From Pristiophorus japonicus (taxonomy: Eukaryota), in contig NC_091993.1 of assembly GCF_044704955.1 (NCBI RefSeq), forward strand, positions 17,856,001 to 17,920,000: a stretch of DNA of 64,000 bases, written 5' to 3'. Below the pieces are notes generated by a model, which saw nothing but the letters and a program-made list of their open reading frames with translations, had not been told where the DNA came from and made no database searches. Shown one piece after another: positions 48,988-62,815 of the stretch (positions within the stretch are counted from its first letter, which is position 1; the number at the start of each line of letters is the position of its first letter). The translations under genes and the position numbers were made by a program.

Positions 48988-50435
48988 TATTAACATTGTC
49001 AGACACTTTTGATTGTCCACAGAACTGGAATTGGTGGTGGAGAAAGTGACTTGATTATTGTTGGTGATAGTAAGATTCCCCAAGACTTAAGATTTCCAAG
49101 AGTGCAGCTTTTCCCAGTGAACTCCCTGAAAACCACTAGTGTGGCAGTGTCTGGGGCTGTGCAAGATATCAGTCCTGGCAAACTGGGGTAAGCCATTTTT
49201 GTAACACTTCCACAATTTTGTGGTCAGTCGGGCTTGTTTCCAGGTGGTGATGGAAGGAGGAAGCAAGTCCAAACTTACTTCAGCGCACTGGGACAGTATA
49301 ACAGCCATCTTCAGAGTCTTGAGTTTGAGGCATTTCTTGTGACCACCTGCAGGCATAGTGGTCTCGATAGACACTTGTGTAGCACCTCCCTTTATTGTTT
49401 TAAATATTCTTTCAACTAACTTAAATCCTGCTCACAATGTGAACATGCATTTTATTTCTTCCCTTCTCCCCCTAAAGTTTATAGAGTAGACTTTCCAAGT
49501 TCTTTCTCGCAGCAATAGCTCTGTCACACTGTGATTTTTTTTTTCCATTCATTTATCTAAGTAGATGGAGTACAGTTCCTGAGGAATTGCAGCAGCATAT
49601 TTTCTCTCAAACTCCATGGGGAATTCATGTTGGGCAAATATTGTAAATCAGATCTAATGGCCACTTTTTAGAACAGAGGCTGGATAAATTCTTCTGTAGG
49701 ACTCGATCGTATTCTCTTGTAGGAGTAATGTAATAGAATGTTCCCTCTGATCTGCAGAAGGACCAAGCTGAAAGAACATTAATTCTGGTAACTACATACT
49801 AGCCAATGGGGAAACTTGGTTCTCAAACTTGTCGGAGCTCTTTTGTAACTGTACCAGCTCTTTCAGACTCCATTTGTTGTCTCGGGTGGGTTGTCGCATT
49901 GTCAAAATTCCATCTACGGTATTTACCTGGTGGCTTAGTTATTAAACTGCTATGTGAGACTGTTTTGTCTTCCTACTCTTACAGCGTGTAAAATATTTTC
50001 TACTCTGAAGCCGCACAGCAATATTTGCATGTATGCCAATCTATGTAAAAAAAAAAAAAAATTTAAAGCACACCTGAAGTAAGTGACTCTTTCACTGGAT
50101 CATTGCTTGTAATGCACTCATTTTAGGCTGTTTGCCTAAAGGACGGCTGTAACGCATCAACATGCAGTAATCTGCGCACTTTCGTTGAGCATTACCTGAA
50201 TTTGACTATTAAATGTAGTTTGGCAGCACTACATTGGTCTTGACAATCCGCTCTGTGACAACTCCTTAAAAGGAATATTTTAGGAAATTGACACAGACAG
50301 GCGGAAGAGGACAAATGTGAGATTTAGATGTCTGATGTTTTGCTACTGTGCCAAATATTTTGAAAGACTTAAAAAATAAATGTAGATTCTGCAACTCAAT
50401 CATTTTTAACTGACTAGATATCCTCTTGTACTTAG

Positions 50436-50526
50436 AGCCCTCCCCAAGGAGTCTGTTGAAGAAGAGTACGATTCTGGAGTGGAAGATGATCGGTGGCATC
50501 GCCAAGCAGATGCAGCCAACAACTAA
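50436..50526 (+). CDS. CLPX: CLPX exon 14 (terminal coding exon)
   Basis: [29 protein letters not shown] then TAA. All 14 exons sum to 1905 nt with consistent phases. Confidence 0.95.
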
Positions 50527-51055
50527 ACACACAAATTGGAGCAATTTGTGCAAAGATGAGCCTCGTACAACATTAAAGCTATTATTTTATTTAATTTTAA
50601 TGTGTTATTAATCCGTTGTTCTCACCAGAGAATCACCAATAGAAGAGAATAGCTTTTTGATGAGGGTTGAACGTCTCCCCTCCCTTGACATGATCTCAAC
50701 AGACCAGTGAAACTGATCATGTACTTGTAAAATAGCAAAACTTTGTACAGTGGACATTATGCTGTCTTTGAATTTTACTGTAAACACATTTCCAAATGTG
50801 TTTATTATATGTTACAGTTTTTAACAGCTGCTTCCCTACAGTAACTGTTTCGGAACAAAAGATGCAGCCCTTGTACAAGAAACACAAGAACTTTCTGGAT
50901 GTCCCTTTAATTCTCTCTCCTGCTTCTGAATACTTGACTGTTTGCGCTAGATGTGCTGTGGTCACGTTACAAAGATTTAGTTTCTTTTTTAAATTCAGAA
51001 TTTCATATTTGCATTTAAGATTTAGGGATCACAGCAAGTGTCAATCAAACTAAAC

Positions 51056-51341
51056 AATAAACAGGTTTTACTAACACAGGTATTGCAGGGATTTCAGCTT
51101 GATTACGATAGTTTGGACATGATTTTGGTTTCATTCTGCTTGTGCTAAAGTATACATGACATTGTTTTAGATACCTTTAATATTAAGCACAAGAAATAAA
51201 CTTGTACCATATTTTTCTGTATTTCCTTTTATGCTATTGCTGACCAGAAGCAGGATTGACTTTAATCCTTTAGAAACTGACTTCATTGGAACACTCAAGG
51301 ATTTGAAGATGAATTATTGTAAATCTGGTTGTACAAATAAA
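51056..51341 (+). terminator. Candidate CLPX polyadenylation signals
   Basis: AATAAA at 51056, 51195 (followed by a U/GU-rich tract) and 51336. Confidence 0.55.
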
Positions 51342-51489
51342 GTGTACAAATTAAACACTTACCATATTGTGGCATTTGTGACTTCGGCACTTGGTAAAGC
51401 TGACCATGAACAGGCAGGCTTAGAACTATTTAAACAAATAAGGAAGACTTCTAGAAAAAAAACACAGAAACTGACAACCAGTTACTGCA

Positions 51490-51845
51490 AAATCCTTACA
51501 GGGCTTGACAGGGTAGATACAGGGAGAATGTTTCCTCTGGCTGAGGAGTCTAGAACCAGGGGTCACAGTCTCAGAATAAAGGGCCGGCCATTTAGGACTG
51601 AGATGAGGAGAAACAACTTCACTCAACAGGTGGTGAATCTTTGGAATTCTCTACCCCAGAGGGATATGGAGGCTCAGTCTTTGAGTATATTCAAGACACA
51701 GATCGATAGATTTTTGGATTGTAAGGGAATCAAGGGATATGGGGGAATAGTGCAGGAAAGTGGAGTTGAGGTAAATCAGCCATGATCTCATTGAATGGCG
51801 GAGCAGGCTCGAGGGGCCGAATGGCCTACTCCTGTTCATAATACT
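51490..51845 (+). mobile_element. CR1 3' fragment
   Basis: KILTGLDRVDTGRMFPLAEESRTRGHSLRI. Confidence 0.88.
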
Positions 51846-54729
51846 TACGTTACACATTCGGAGATATATGTGTAATCTAGAACTGGTATTGTATACAGCA
51901 GCTGCAGCAGGGGAAATGGCAGATTGGCATTTTGTATTTTTTTTTAATTGGGGGAGAAAAATGTTGGCGCAAATTATTCTAATAGGTTGTAATTTCTACC
52001 ATGGTGATCAGAATTGAGTGCGCTTGGCTTCAGAACAGCAAATGTTAGAAACAGGAGAAAGATGAGAGGAATTTTCCACCCTTCCTCTCCTGATGTATTT
52101 AGATACATTTCCACAGGTACCAGCAGGCCTTAGCAAATGGCATTCTTCATGTCTGAGCTTAGACACTATGCATGAGCTGTTCAGTCATGGAGTACATCGC
52201 AGTTGAACCCAAGCCTTTCATCCCTGAAGTCTATGCGTGCACTTGAAGGAGGAGTCACTGAATACCTATCATAACCCTGGAGTTCGAGGCAAATTGAGTA
52301 ACTTCACTGCCACCCCAGCTGAGATTAAGGAGCTCAAGCACGGAATCAAACCTGTGTCTTCGCTCGTCTTTTATGGTTCAGTGCCTTACTGGGCAGTATA
52401 TTGGCCCATTTAGCCATTAGGAGGGTTTAGGTTTTTTGTTGAATCATTACAGTTTTGTTTTTCATTTTCCTTGTTTTCTCTCCCGCCCACTCTCAACCCA
52501 AAGGAAAAAGCGAGATGTCTTGAAACTACTGCTTCTGTCAGTCATAATCAACAAGCTTGTACATAAGATAAGCTAAAGCAACCTCGCCCCCTCCATTGCT
52601 GAAGCTACCTCCAAGTTGCTGTTTCATCTCATCATTTCCTCTTAACAATTCTTAATTATTTATCAGGCCCAAAGACTTGCAAAGTACTCCCATTGTCTTG
52701 AGACTTCTAGTACTTCCCATGTTCTTGAACATGATACTGGAAACAGCTGAGCTGAGAGGGAATCTTTTTTTAGCCTCCAACTCTTCTCTCTCTCTCCAAC
52801 TGTCTTTTTCTCTTTCATTGATTCTGCTGTAGTCAGCAATCCCTGAATGTTCTTATCGTTTATATTAAGCTCCTAAAAGATCTTTCCTCCTCCCTGCATT
52901 ATCATGTTTAATTGAGAGTCACTGCATGACATCCTACTCAAATGTTATTTCCTAGGATCTCAACATTTTGGAACTCCTCCCCTCAGTCTTTCCTTCTACA
53001 CCATAGGAACAGGAGTAGGCCATTTAGCACCTTGAGCCTACTTCATCTATCATCTTCAGGTTTTCAAACCCAAGTTTGGTGTCACCTAATAATTACTCCT
53101 TGATTTGCCTCTTCTCACCGTGGCAATGTCCTCCACAATGAGCCTTGGTGCTCCTCCTCATAACTCATCATAGGCAGTCACTCAAACCGCCAAAGAAAGG
53201 ATGAGTTCACAGGTGTTTCGAAAGAAGAACCCGATCTACATCCTCATGGTGGAAGCTGCCTGTGCGTGGATTTTTTTAACGTATGGTGGCCGCTGCACAC
53301 CAGCCAATACACGGGCTTGACAAAGCTAGGTCTTGGGGGACTGACTAACATATAACAGATTTACATTAACTGGAAACCTAAAAAATGTCCGCCTTTCAGC
53401 TAAATAGGCAACCCATATATTCGGTTCTTCATGTATCCAAGAGTTTCTTGTGCACAGAACACAAGATCATTTAAACCTCTCAACTCACTTATGAATATTG
53501 GAATCATTTGTAGTGGCATTAAGTACTGGATGGTGGAAATGGAGAGGGGGTTGTATGAGCAATCAGACTCACCCCCAGTGTTGTTAAGGAAGTAACTGGG
53601 TTGAGCGTTATTTTATCACTGTCCTCGAAGAGATGGCCCAGTTGCTTATAGGCAATTCTGTCCCAAGCAGATGGATGTCAACAATAACAAGACTCCAAAC
53701 TGATATGATGGAATTAATAAACTTCTCAGGATGTAAAGCAGTAAGACACAGTGCTGAAGACAAAAGATGAATTTATTTGAGTTGAAACCAAAGACTTCCA
53801 AGATTATATATGCTACAAAATCATTGCATGCTACTGATGCAGCTACTTTAAAGAACAAATTTGTTTTGTTCTCGGAAGGAGGCCATTCGGCCCATCATGC
53901 CTGTGCCGTTGGACCATTCAATCCACCAGCCTGGACAGTATTGGGGATACCAATCCAATTGCAGAGAATTTATGGCCCTGGCACAATCCATTAAAAGTAT
54001 TTCAGATCAGTTGTGACCCCTGCCCAGCAGGCTACCCATCAGTTACCAGGCTTCCAATTGACCTTGCACTCAACAATGAAACCGTATTCCCTGGATGATG
54101 ATACTGTCTAAGTGTTTTGTTTGGACTGATAGATTGTTGACTTAAAAAGAGGTAGAAGGTCAAAGGCCAAATTTCAGGTTTGTTTATTTTCTATAATTAT
54201 ATTAGCACTCAAGAAGATTGCTCCAGTTGAAGATTAAGCACCAAGTCCTGCTGGGCCAAATATCTGCCTCGTGCTATGATTGCTATGATTCTTCTATCTT
54301 AATTTGGATGGGATGGGTCTACCTTCAGAGCCACATCACTCAGGAGAACGAGTGGATCCAGGCCAAATGTTTGAAAATATTTTAATGCCAATATGATATT
54401 CTTCCTGTCATGGAATCTGAATTGCCTTGTTTCATATAGTTCATTAAAGAGGAGATGATGTCTAATCAAAAGATTGAAGTGGCTTAGTTCATTGCTGACT
54501 TATTAATGGGATTTGTATTTCCATGGACAAGTTTGTGAACTGCTATGCTTGGATTATATGAATTCTGTTAAGTGACACACTTGCATTATGCAACTGGATT
54601 TTTGTAAGTAGCATTATTTTTGAACATAATATTTGAAAATCTCTTTCAAAATATATAAGCAATTGAAAAGAGTTTCCAGTTCACCAATTCTTCTGATATC
54701 TCATATATGGTCAAATTGTTTTGTTCCCA

Positions 54730-56135
54730 ACAAATCCCCCGAATCTGAGGCCTACATCCTAGGGTTCTAAAAGGTGGCTGCAGAGTTAGATTCAGAACAG
54801 TCCCAGCAGATTGGAAGGTAGAAAATGTAACACTGTTACTCAAGAAAGGAGGGAGAGAGAAAAAAGGGAACTTTAGCCTGACATCAGTTGTCGGGAAAAT
54901 GTTGGCATCCATTGTATCAGGGCACTTAGAAAATCATAACATGATTAGGCAGAGTCAACATGGTTTTATGAAAGGGAAATCATGTTTGACAAATTTATTT
55001 GCGTTTTTTGAGGATGTAACTAGCAGGGTAGATGAAGGGGAACCATTGGATTTATTACATTTGGATTTCCAAAAGTCATTCGATAAGGTGCCACATAAAA
55101 GGTTATTACACAAGTAAGGGATCATGGGATTGGAGGTAATGTCTTCGCATGGATAGAGGATTGGTTAACGGACCGAAAGCAGAGTATGGATAAATGGGTC
55201 TTTTTCAGGTTGGCAGGTTGTAACTAGTGGGGTGCCGCAAGAATCAGTGCTCAGGCCTCAGCTATTTAAAATCTATATTAATGACCTAGATGAAGGGACC
55301 GAGTGTAATGTATCCAAGTTTGCTGATGATACAAAGCTAGATGGAACAGTAAGCTGTGAGGAGAACACAAAGCATCTGCAAAGGGATATTGATAGCAGGG
55401 AGTGGGCAGTAAGGTGGCAGATGGAGTATAATAAAGGGAAATGTGAGGTTATTCACTTTGGTAGGAAGAATAGAACAACTTTTTTTTAAATGGTGAGAAA
55501 CTTTTAAATGTCGGTGTTCAGAGAAATTTGAATGTCCTTGTGCAAGAAACACACAAAGCTAGCATGCAGGTACAGCAAGCAATAAGGAAGGCAAATGGCA
55601 TGTTGTCCTTTATTGTAACAGGAAGGATATACTTGCCATGAAGGCAGTGCAATGAAGGGAAGGTTCACTAGATTGATTCCTGGGATGAGAGGGCTGTCTT
55701 ATGATGAGAGATTGTGTAGAATGGGCCTATACTCTCTGGAGGTTAGAAGATTGAGAGGTGATCTCATTGAAACATACAAGATTCTGAAGAGGATTGACAG
55801 GGTAGATGGTTGTTTCCCCTAGCTGAAATATCTAGAACTGGGGGACACAGTCTCAGGATAAGAGGTAGGTCATTTAAGGCTGAGATGACGAGGAATTTCT
55901 TCACTTAGAGGGTTGTGAATCTTTGGAATTCTCTGCTCCAAAGGGCTGTGGATGCTGAGTTTCTGAATATATTCAAGGCTGAGATAGATTTTTGGAGTCT
56001 AGGGGAATCAAAAGATATGGAGCTCGGACGGGAAAGTGGAGTTGAGGTCGATGATCAGCCATGATCTTATTGAATGGCGGAGCAGGCTCGAGGGGCTGTA
56101 CGGCCTACTCCTGTTCCTATTTCTTATGTTCTATA
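54730..56135 (+). mobile_element. Decayed 5'-truncated CR1
   Basis: SQHGFMKGKSCLTNL and SKFADDTKL with frameshifts; CR1 tail. Confidence 0.9.
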
Positions 56136-57834
56136 TGTGGGTTACAAAATATTACCTCTTGTTATGGTACAAGACAATATGTTGATCTCAAAAGTAATTC
56201 AAAGCAAAACTTTCACAAGTATGACACTTTACTTTTCCATCCCATATAGTGAACACATTATTTGAAATTTTATACCTCATATTTCCATTTGATTGTAAAT
56301 AAATAATAGTTGATTCCACAGTTGGTAAACCTAGTCTGTAGTTAATGGCTGCCATTCCAAAGTGAGTTGGGTGGCATAATACAAAATAACATTTAATCCA
56401 GTGTGCAGATTCCTGCAAATAGGGTACTTATAAATGTTAATTATTAACTACGCACTTCTAAGAGCAAATTATTGAAAAGATTGTGCTTCTAGATTGTAGG
56501 AGACACGCTCAGTTTAAGAGAATCATTGTAAAACTATTTCTATAAAAACCCAAATTGTAACACTTCTTTAAAAGTTTCATACCCTCTGAACTAAGGAGAT
56601 GTAATGATGCACATGCCATGGTGATTTGGAATTAGAAAAACATGTATCAATCCCTCTTCATGGGAAATGGCCAACAAGAGCTGTGACCAGTAACAAACAG
56701 TATGCATTTCATGCACATTACTATAAATAAGCTGGACAAGGTTCAAAGAGACCCTTTTGATCAGCTTTACCCATTCTGCTGAACCTGTCGATTCAGTCAT
56801 TGACAGGGTACCCAGAGACCAATGTAACTGATAGACAAAGTGGTTTCATTAATCAAATCCTATCAGCAGATTTGATTTTTTTTTAGTAAAGAGACCCATC
56901 TTCAAATACTTGCAAGAAGACATGATGCTTCTCGCTGCTAATATAATCCAAGCACTTCCTCTTCAGGCACACTGTAACTAATGATCTATCCCACAATTTA
57001 TTGGGAATAAATAAATCTTAGGGAAAAAAACATTCCATGTTCAACAAAAGTAATGACCAGGAAGATTCATTCTGTCGCGATGCTCAGCAAATGCTTTGGA
57101 GTTCTGACAAGAATATTGGCATCGATTGTATCCTTTGCATAGTTGATTCAGACAATGATTGTATAGGAGAGTTACAATTTGTTCCTCACACGACATGCGG
57201 TTTAACCCTATGCATGTGCAAAATCCATCAAAGCCAATAAAAGTATTTTTATTGACGCCTCTCATGTTAACACACTACCCCGCGTGCTCGTTCAGCTGCT
57301 TAAGGATCCAAGGTACTGCTCGTCCAGGAGATCCTAGTGGCAACTCATATTTAACATTTTGGATAGCAAAAATATATTTAATCATCAAAGAACTACTTGT
57401 CAAAATGTTCCTAATTTTAAAGAAGCCAAATCATAAACTTACATTTATGTTTAACCATAGATATGCAAGTCTTTTTTCTTTTCATAGCTAGCATTTTCTA
57501 GCAGATTTTGGAAACACTGATGAAGAAAATGCTCAAAAATAAAATTATTTGTATTCTTGATACCTTCAGAGAAATTAGTTAACTGTTGGTGTTTCCTGTT
57601 ATTAGATTAAATAGAATCTACTATATTTATAGATTAAGACTGATATTGACTCTTTTGTACAGTTTGCATTTAATTAATCATTAACAGATGGGTGGTGTGA
57701 TGGATTTGAAGAGCAGTTTTGCTTCACTGAAGGCAGTCACAGTAACCTCCTGTAAGTATTTGTTTTTCTGTGGAGTTTTCTAAGTCTGTACAGAAAGATA
57801 AGACCAACCTATCATCCTGCCTATGGATACAAAA

Positions 57835-58235
57835 AAGAAAGACAAAAGAAAGATTTATAGAACGTCTTTCATGACCACAAGAAGTCTCAGCTCTTTGCAG
57901 CCAATGAAGTACTTTTGAAGTGTAGTCAGTGTTGTAATGTGGGAAACATGGCAGCCAATTTGCACACAGCAAGCTCCCACAAACAACAATGTGATAATGA
58001 TCAGATAATCTGTTTTGTTATGTTGATTGAAGGATAAATATTGGCCAGGACAGCGGGGATAACTCCCCTGCTCTTCTTCGAAATAGTGCCATGGGATATT
58101 TTACGTCCATCTGAGAGAGCAGACGGGGCCTCTGTTTAACATCTCATCCGAAAGATAGCACCTCCGACAGTGCAGCACTCCCTCAGCACTGCACTGGAGT
58201 GTCAGCCTAGATTATTGTGTTCAAGTCTCTGGACT
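57835..58235 (-). mobile_element. DeuSINE just upstream of the PDCD7 promoter
   Basis: Reverse complement of the consensus. Confidence 0.85.
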
Positions 58236-58359
58236 GAAGTGGGATCGCTTACATGACCAATTCTTGATTTTACCTTTTATCTTAGAGTGCAATTTCTCCC
58301 TCCAGGAACATACAGCGCTTGCCTTCTCCTGGAAGGGTTGGTCTGCCTGACTCTAGGGG

Positions 58360-58483
58360 GCGCTCAAGCCGAGGCTCCGATTGGCACCCAGTAAGCCCCG
58401 CCCTTGCTGCGCGCTGATTGGACACACGGCGCCGTCGGTTAGATGACGTCGAGAGGCAGGTTGTCCGGCCGATTCGGGCGGCG
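58360..58483 (+). promoter_or_regulatory. PDCD7 CpG-island promoter
   Basis: Reverse CCAAT (ATTGG) at 58380 and 58417, GC box GCCCCGCCC 58395-58403, CRE-like TGACGTC 58444-58450. Confidence 0.7.
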
Positions 58484-60355
58484 ATGGAGCGGCCGCCATT
58501 TTATCCCGGCCACCCCGAGCGGCGCAATGGGCCGCCAGCGGCGCCTTTCGCTTCGCAGAACCCAAGCCGCGATTCTTTTCATAACCCGGGGAGTCGGAGT
58601 GAGGAGAAACCCGGCCCGGCGTTCCCTCCCCCCCGGCAGCATGGCTTCGCTGGGCCGGGGAGAGGCCGGGCCGCGGAAGACTGGAGGCCTGGTCCACCCT
58701 CGGAGAACTACCTACACCCGGGCCGGGCCCCGGGCGGGCCTGGGAGCAGTCTGGGCAGAGCGGAGCCGCTAGAAGAGCACGGCCAGCACTGGGATCAGGA
58801 GTACCGGGAGCACCCAGCCCACCTGCGGAGCTTCCCTCCCCACCCACAGGGACATCAGCACCTGGAGGGTGCCCCCCACCCATGGGGCCGGGACCACCCT
58901 CCTCCTCACCCACTGGCTCCGCAGCACCGAGACCACCCTCTTCCTCACCCACCAGCTCCATCACACCAAAACCACCCTCCTCTTCACCCACCGGCTCCGC
59001 AGCACCGAGACCACCCTCCTCTTCACCCACCGGCTCCGCAGCACCGAGACCACCCTCCTCTTCACCCACCGGCTCCGCAGCACCGAGACCACCCTCCTCC
59101 TCACGCACCGGCTCCGCAGCATCGTGACCACCCTCCTCACCCGCAGGAACATCAGCACCAGGACCATCCGCCTCACCCACAAGGACATGAGCGTCCCCAC
59201 CACCCGTGGGATCGTGATCACCTAGGTCAACCTCCCCAGCTACAGAACTACCCTCCTCTCCCACTGGGTCACGAGCAGAAGGACCATCTGCCCCACCTGC
59301 AAGGGTATGAATGCAGAGACCAAGCTCGCCTCGCGCAGGGATTTCCCCACCAGGACCGCTCAGCTCATCAGTATCCAGAACATTATCCTCAGCAGGGACA
59401 GTCCTATCATCGTCCTCAACATCCCTTTCAACACAAACACCTAGATTCCCAGCAACAGTATCCGTTTCGGGAACCTTCACATCCCGAGCAACATCCACCC
59501 TTCTCTGAGAAAGCTGGAGTTGCCAACAATGTGCCACCTCACATCCACAGCATGACTTCCCAATCTGTGGACAGCTCGTGCCAGAACCAAACCTTACTTC
59601 ATGGCGGAGGCTTTAATTTACCTGCTGGCTATGGACCTCAAAATTCTCAGTTGATAAATCCTAGCCATAACATCCATAATAATCAACAAACCTTTCCAAC
59701 TTTATCAGGGGAGAGACCGTCTTGGAAAAATGATCATGGCATGCAGTGTAACAATGATCAGATGGCAACACCATGGCCCAATGCTGCTAATTTTTCACCG
59801 AGTCCGAAAGATGTCAGTGTGGAACAACTGAATAGAAATGACTCAATGACCAGAATGTCGGCTCCAGACCAGTTCTCTCACAATTTTAAATGTAATGAAT
59901 CTCCAAATGAGCAAGATGAATTTTGGCTTATGAGGTTCTTGTCAAGACGAAGGTTGCAGTCTTCTGAGATTAAAAAACCCAAATCTTTACCATTAATTAG
60001 TGAAGTAAAGGAATCAGTACTAAGTGCTTGTAAACTTGTGACTGAGCTTACTGCTTTATGCCAGCAATTGAGGCACAATGTGGAAAATGAAGCAGTTTGG
60101 AATGAATCTTATCTAAAAGCAGTTGAAATAAAGACGGTGTTACAGGAAAAATTAAAGACACTAAATGATAGCGAGTACATCAGTGCTGTTAAAAAGAAAC
60201 TGGAAGCAATTAAAAAGAAAAGAAGCAGTATTCAAAGAAAGAAGCAAGAGTGGTATTTAGAAAAAGAAGAGGAAGAGACCAGGGCGGCAGAAAAGGAAGC
60301 AAAAATTGATGGATGGAGAATGAAGCGTGTTCGAGAAGTTGAAGAAAAAAAGCGG
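58484..60355 (+). CDS. PDCD7: PDCD7 (programmed cell death 7 / U11-59K) coding exon 1
   Basis: ATG in strong context (gcgATGg); MERPPFYPG... then a Pro/His-rich region, then a coiled-coil ending IDGWRMKRVREVEEKKR; CGG|gtactg donor; 624 codons, joins exon 2 in frame. Confidence 0.88.
58907..59180 (+). repeat. Coding 39-bp tandem repeat (HPPAPQHRDHPPL) in PDCD7 exon 1
   Basis: Units start at 58907, 58946, 58985, 59024, 59063 and 59102, followed by degenerate shorter units. Confidence 0.92.
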
Positions 60356-60874
60356 GTACTGAGTCGTATCATTGTATTGCATGTGTGATCAGGGCATGGT
60401 GATCTTCATATCTTACCAATTGTAATATCCAGGCAGTTACAAAAATACATTGTTAACTGGGGTAAATAAAACCATGTAGATTTGAGGCCTGTTTGTAGAT
60501 TACTCCGCTCTGTAAATACTTTAACTCTCACTGCTGGCCATGATCTACCCTTTATTCGAAACTGATGATTAGAAGGATATTCGGGATGTGCTTGTTCCGT
60601 TACATGTTCAGGTGATGGCACTGGTACAATTCCCTGGTAGCCATTCTCCATGTGTGAACCTAGATGTCAAATGCCAGTCAGCTATTTGGCTGTGAGGGGC
60701 ATCACAGCCCAGTTCTGTTCTTGGCTGGTAGTGACATGCACTGTTTGCAGCAAAGGCCACTGGATAGTAATCAGAAATGACCAACCAGGCAGATTCCTCC
60801 ATTGTGTAACATAGATGCATAAAGGCAATTGTTGCACCCCGGCAGCTACTTCAGCACATAATTTAATTTGGAAA

Positions 60875-61962
60875 AGTGTGGGGTGATGCACACTTTGGGA
60901 GGGCTAATAAGGAAAGGGTACACACATTAAGCGGTAGGCCACCTAGAAGTGCAGATGAGCAAAGGGACCTTGGAGTGCTTGTCCACAGATCCCTGAAAGT
61001 AGCAGGGCAGATGGGTATGGTGGTTAAGAAAGCATACGGAATGCTTGCCTTTATTGGCCGAGGCATAGAATATAAGAGCAGATGGGTTATGCTTAAATTG
61101 TATAATTCTCTGGTTATGCCACAGCTGGAGTACTGCATGTAGTTCTGGTCGGCGTATTATAGGAAGGACTTGATTGCATTAGAGAGGGTGCAGAGGAGAT
61201 TTACGAGGAGGCTGCCTGGAATGGAGAATCTTAGTTATGAGGACAGATTGGATAGGCTGGGTTTGTTCTCATTGGAACAGAGGAGGTTGGGAGGAGACCT
61301 CATTGAGGTGTACAAAATATTGAGGGGCCTGGATATAGTGGATAGCAAGGGCCTATTTCCATTGGTGGAGGGGTCTATTACGAGGGGGCATAGTTTTAAG
61401 GTGGTTGGTGGAAGATTCAGAGGGGATTTGAGTGGGGGGGGGGGGCTTCTTCACACACAGGGTTGTGGGGGTCTGGAATTCACTGCCTGGAAGAGTGGTG
61501 GATGCAGAAACCCTCACCACATTTAAAAGATGGTTGGATGGCCACTTAAAGTTCCGTAACCTGCAGGGTTATTGGCCGGCGCAGATATGATGGTAAGTAC
61601 TGCAGGGAATCGAATACAGCCAGCGTGATCCGGACTAGTTTCGATCGCCTGGATGGGTCGGAGAGGAATTTTTCCAGATTTTTCCCCCAATTGGCCTGGG
61701 TTTTTATCTGTTTTTTGCCTCTCCCAGGAGATCACATGGCTCCGGCTGGGGTGGAATGTCGAAGGTTTCAGTGTAAACAGTGTTGCAGTTGTGTGGGGCG
61801 GACTGGTTGGGCTGGGTGCTCTTTATCTTTCCGCCATTCTTCATGAGTTTATATGTAACCTTCAGGGCTGCTGACCGAGGGCCGTGCGGCTCTTTGTCGG
61901 TTGGCGCGGACACGATGAGCCGAAATGGCCTCCTTCTGCTCTGTAAATTTCTATGTTTCTAT
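60875..61962 (+). mobile_element. CR1 3' fragment with an extended 3'UTR, PDCD7 intron 1
   Basis: KKAYGMLAFIGRGIEYKS, ALERVQRRFTR; TTTCTATG tail. Confidence 0.88.
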
Positions 61963-62202
61963 ATCAGTTTACACAGCACAGATCAGGGATAATAACTAGT
62001 ACCTTATGGTTTGTGTAGTTCAGTACCACAAAGCCATCTTTAATCAGTGAATAAAGTGTAAGCAGTTGATAAATTTACAGTTGGTTCAATTGCTGAAGCC
62101 TTGGTGTACTATAGAACACAAACTTGTACCTGTAGTTCATTCAATTGTTGTAAATATGGAACTGCAATCTGGATATTAATAGTGGTATTGTTCTTCAGAT
62201 TA

Positions 62203-62815
62203 CATAAGAACATAAGAAATAGGAACATGAGTAGGCCATACAGTCCCTCAAGCCTGCTTCGCCATTCAATAAGATCATGGCTGATCTGATCTTTGACTCA
62301 GCTCCACTTCCCCGCCTGCTCCCCATGACCCCTTATCGCTCAAGAAACAGTCTATTTCTGTCTTAAATTTATTCAATGTCCCAGTTCCACAGCTCTCCGA
62401 GGCAGCAAATTCCACAGATTTTACAACACTCAGAGAAGAAATTCCTCCTCATCTCTGTTTTAAATGGGCAGCCCCTTATTCTAAGATCATGCCCTCTAGT
62501 GCTAGTCTCCCCATCAGTGGTAACATCCTCTCTGCATGCACCTTGTCAAGCCCCCTCATAATCTTATATGTTTCGATAAGTTTACCTCTCATTCTTTTGA
62601 ATTCCAGTGAGTAGAGGCTCAACCTGTCCTCATAAGTCAACCCCCTCATCCCCGGAATCAACCTAGTGAATCTTCTCTGAACTGCCTCTAAAGCAAGTAT
62701 ATCCTTTCGTAAATATGGAAACCAAAACTGCACCCAGTATTCCAAGTGTGGCCTCACCAATACCCTGTATAACTGTACCAAGACTTCCCTGCATTTATAC
62801 TCCATCCCCTTTGCA
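62203..62815 (-). mobile_element. CR1 3' fragment
   Basis: VRPHLEYWVQFWFPYLRKDILALEAVQRRFTR; CATAAGAA tail. Confidence 0.9.

Noticed and set aside
58418-58483. ORF-track start of the 656-aa ORF
   Set aside because: Non-ATG start inside a CCAAT box; the ATG at 58484 fits better. The ORF tail beyond 60355 is intron read-through.
58353-59537. 394-aa minus-strand ORF
   Set aside because: Antisense shadow of the GC-rich repetitive PDCD7 exon; no independent gene signals.
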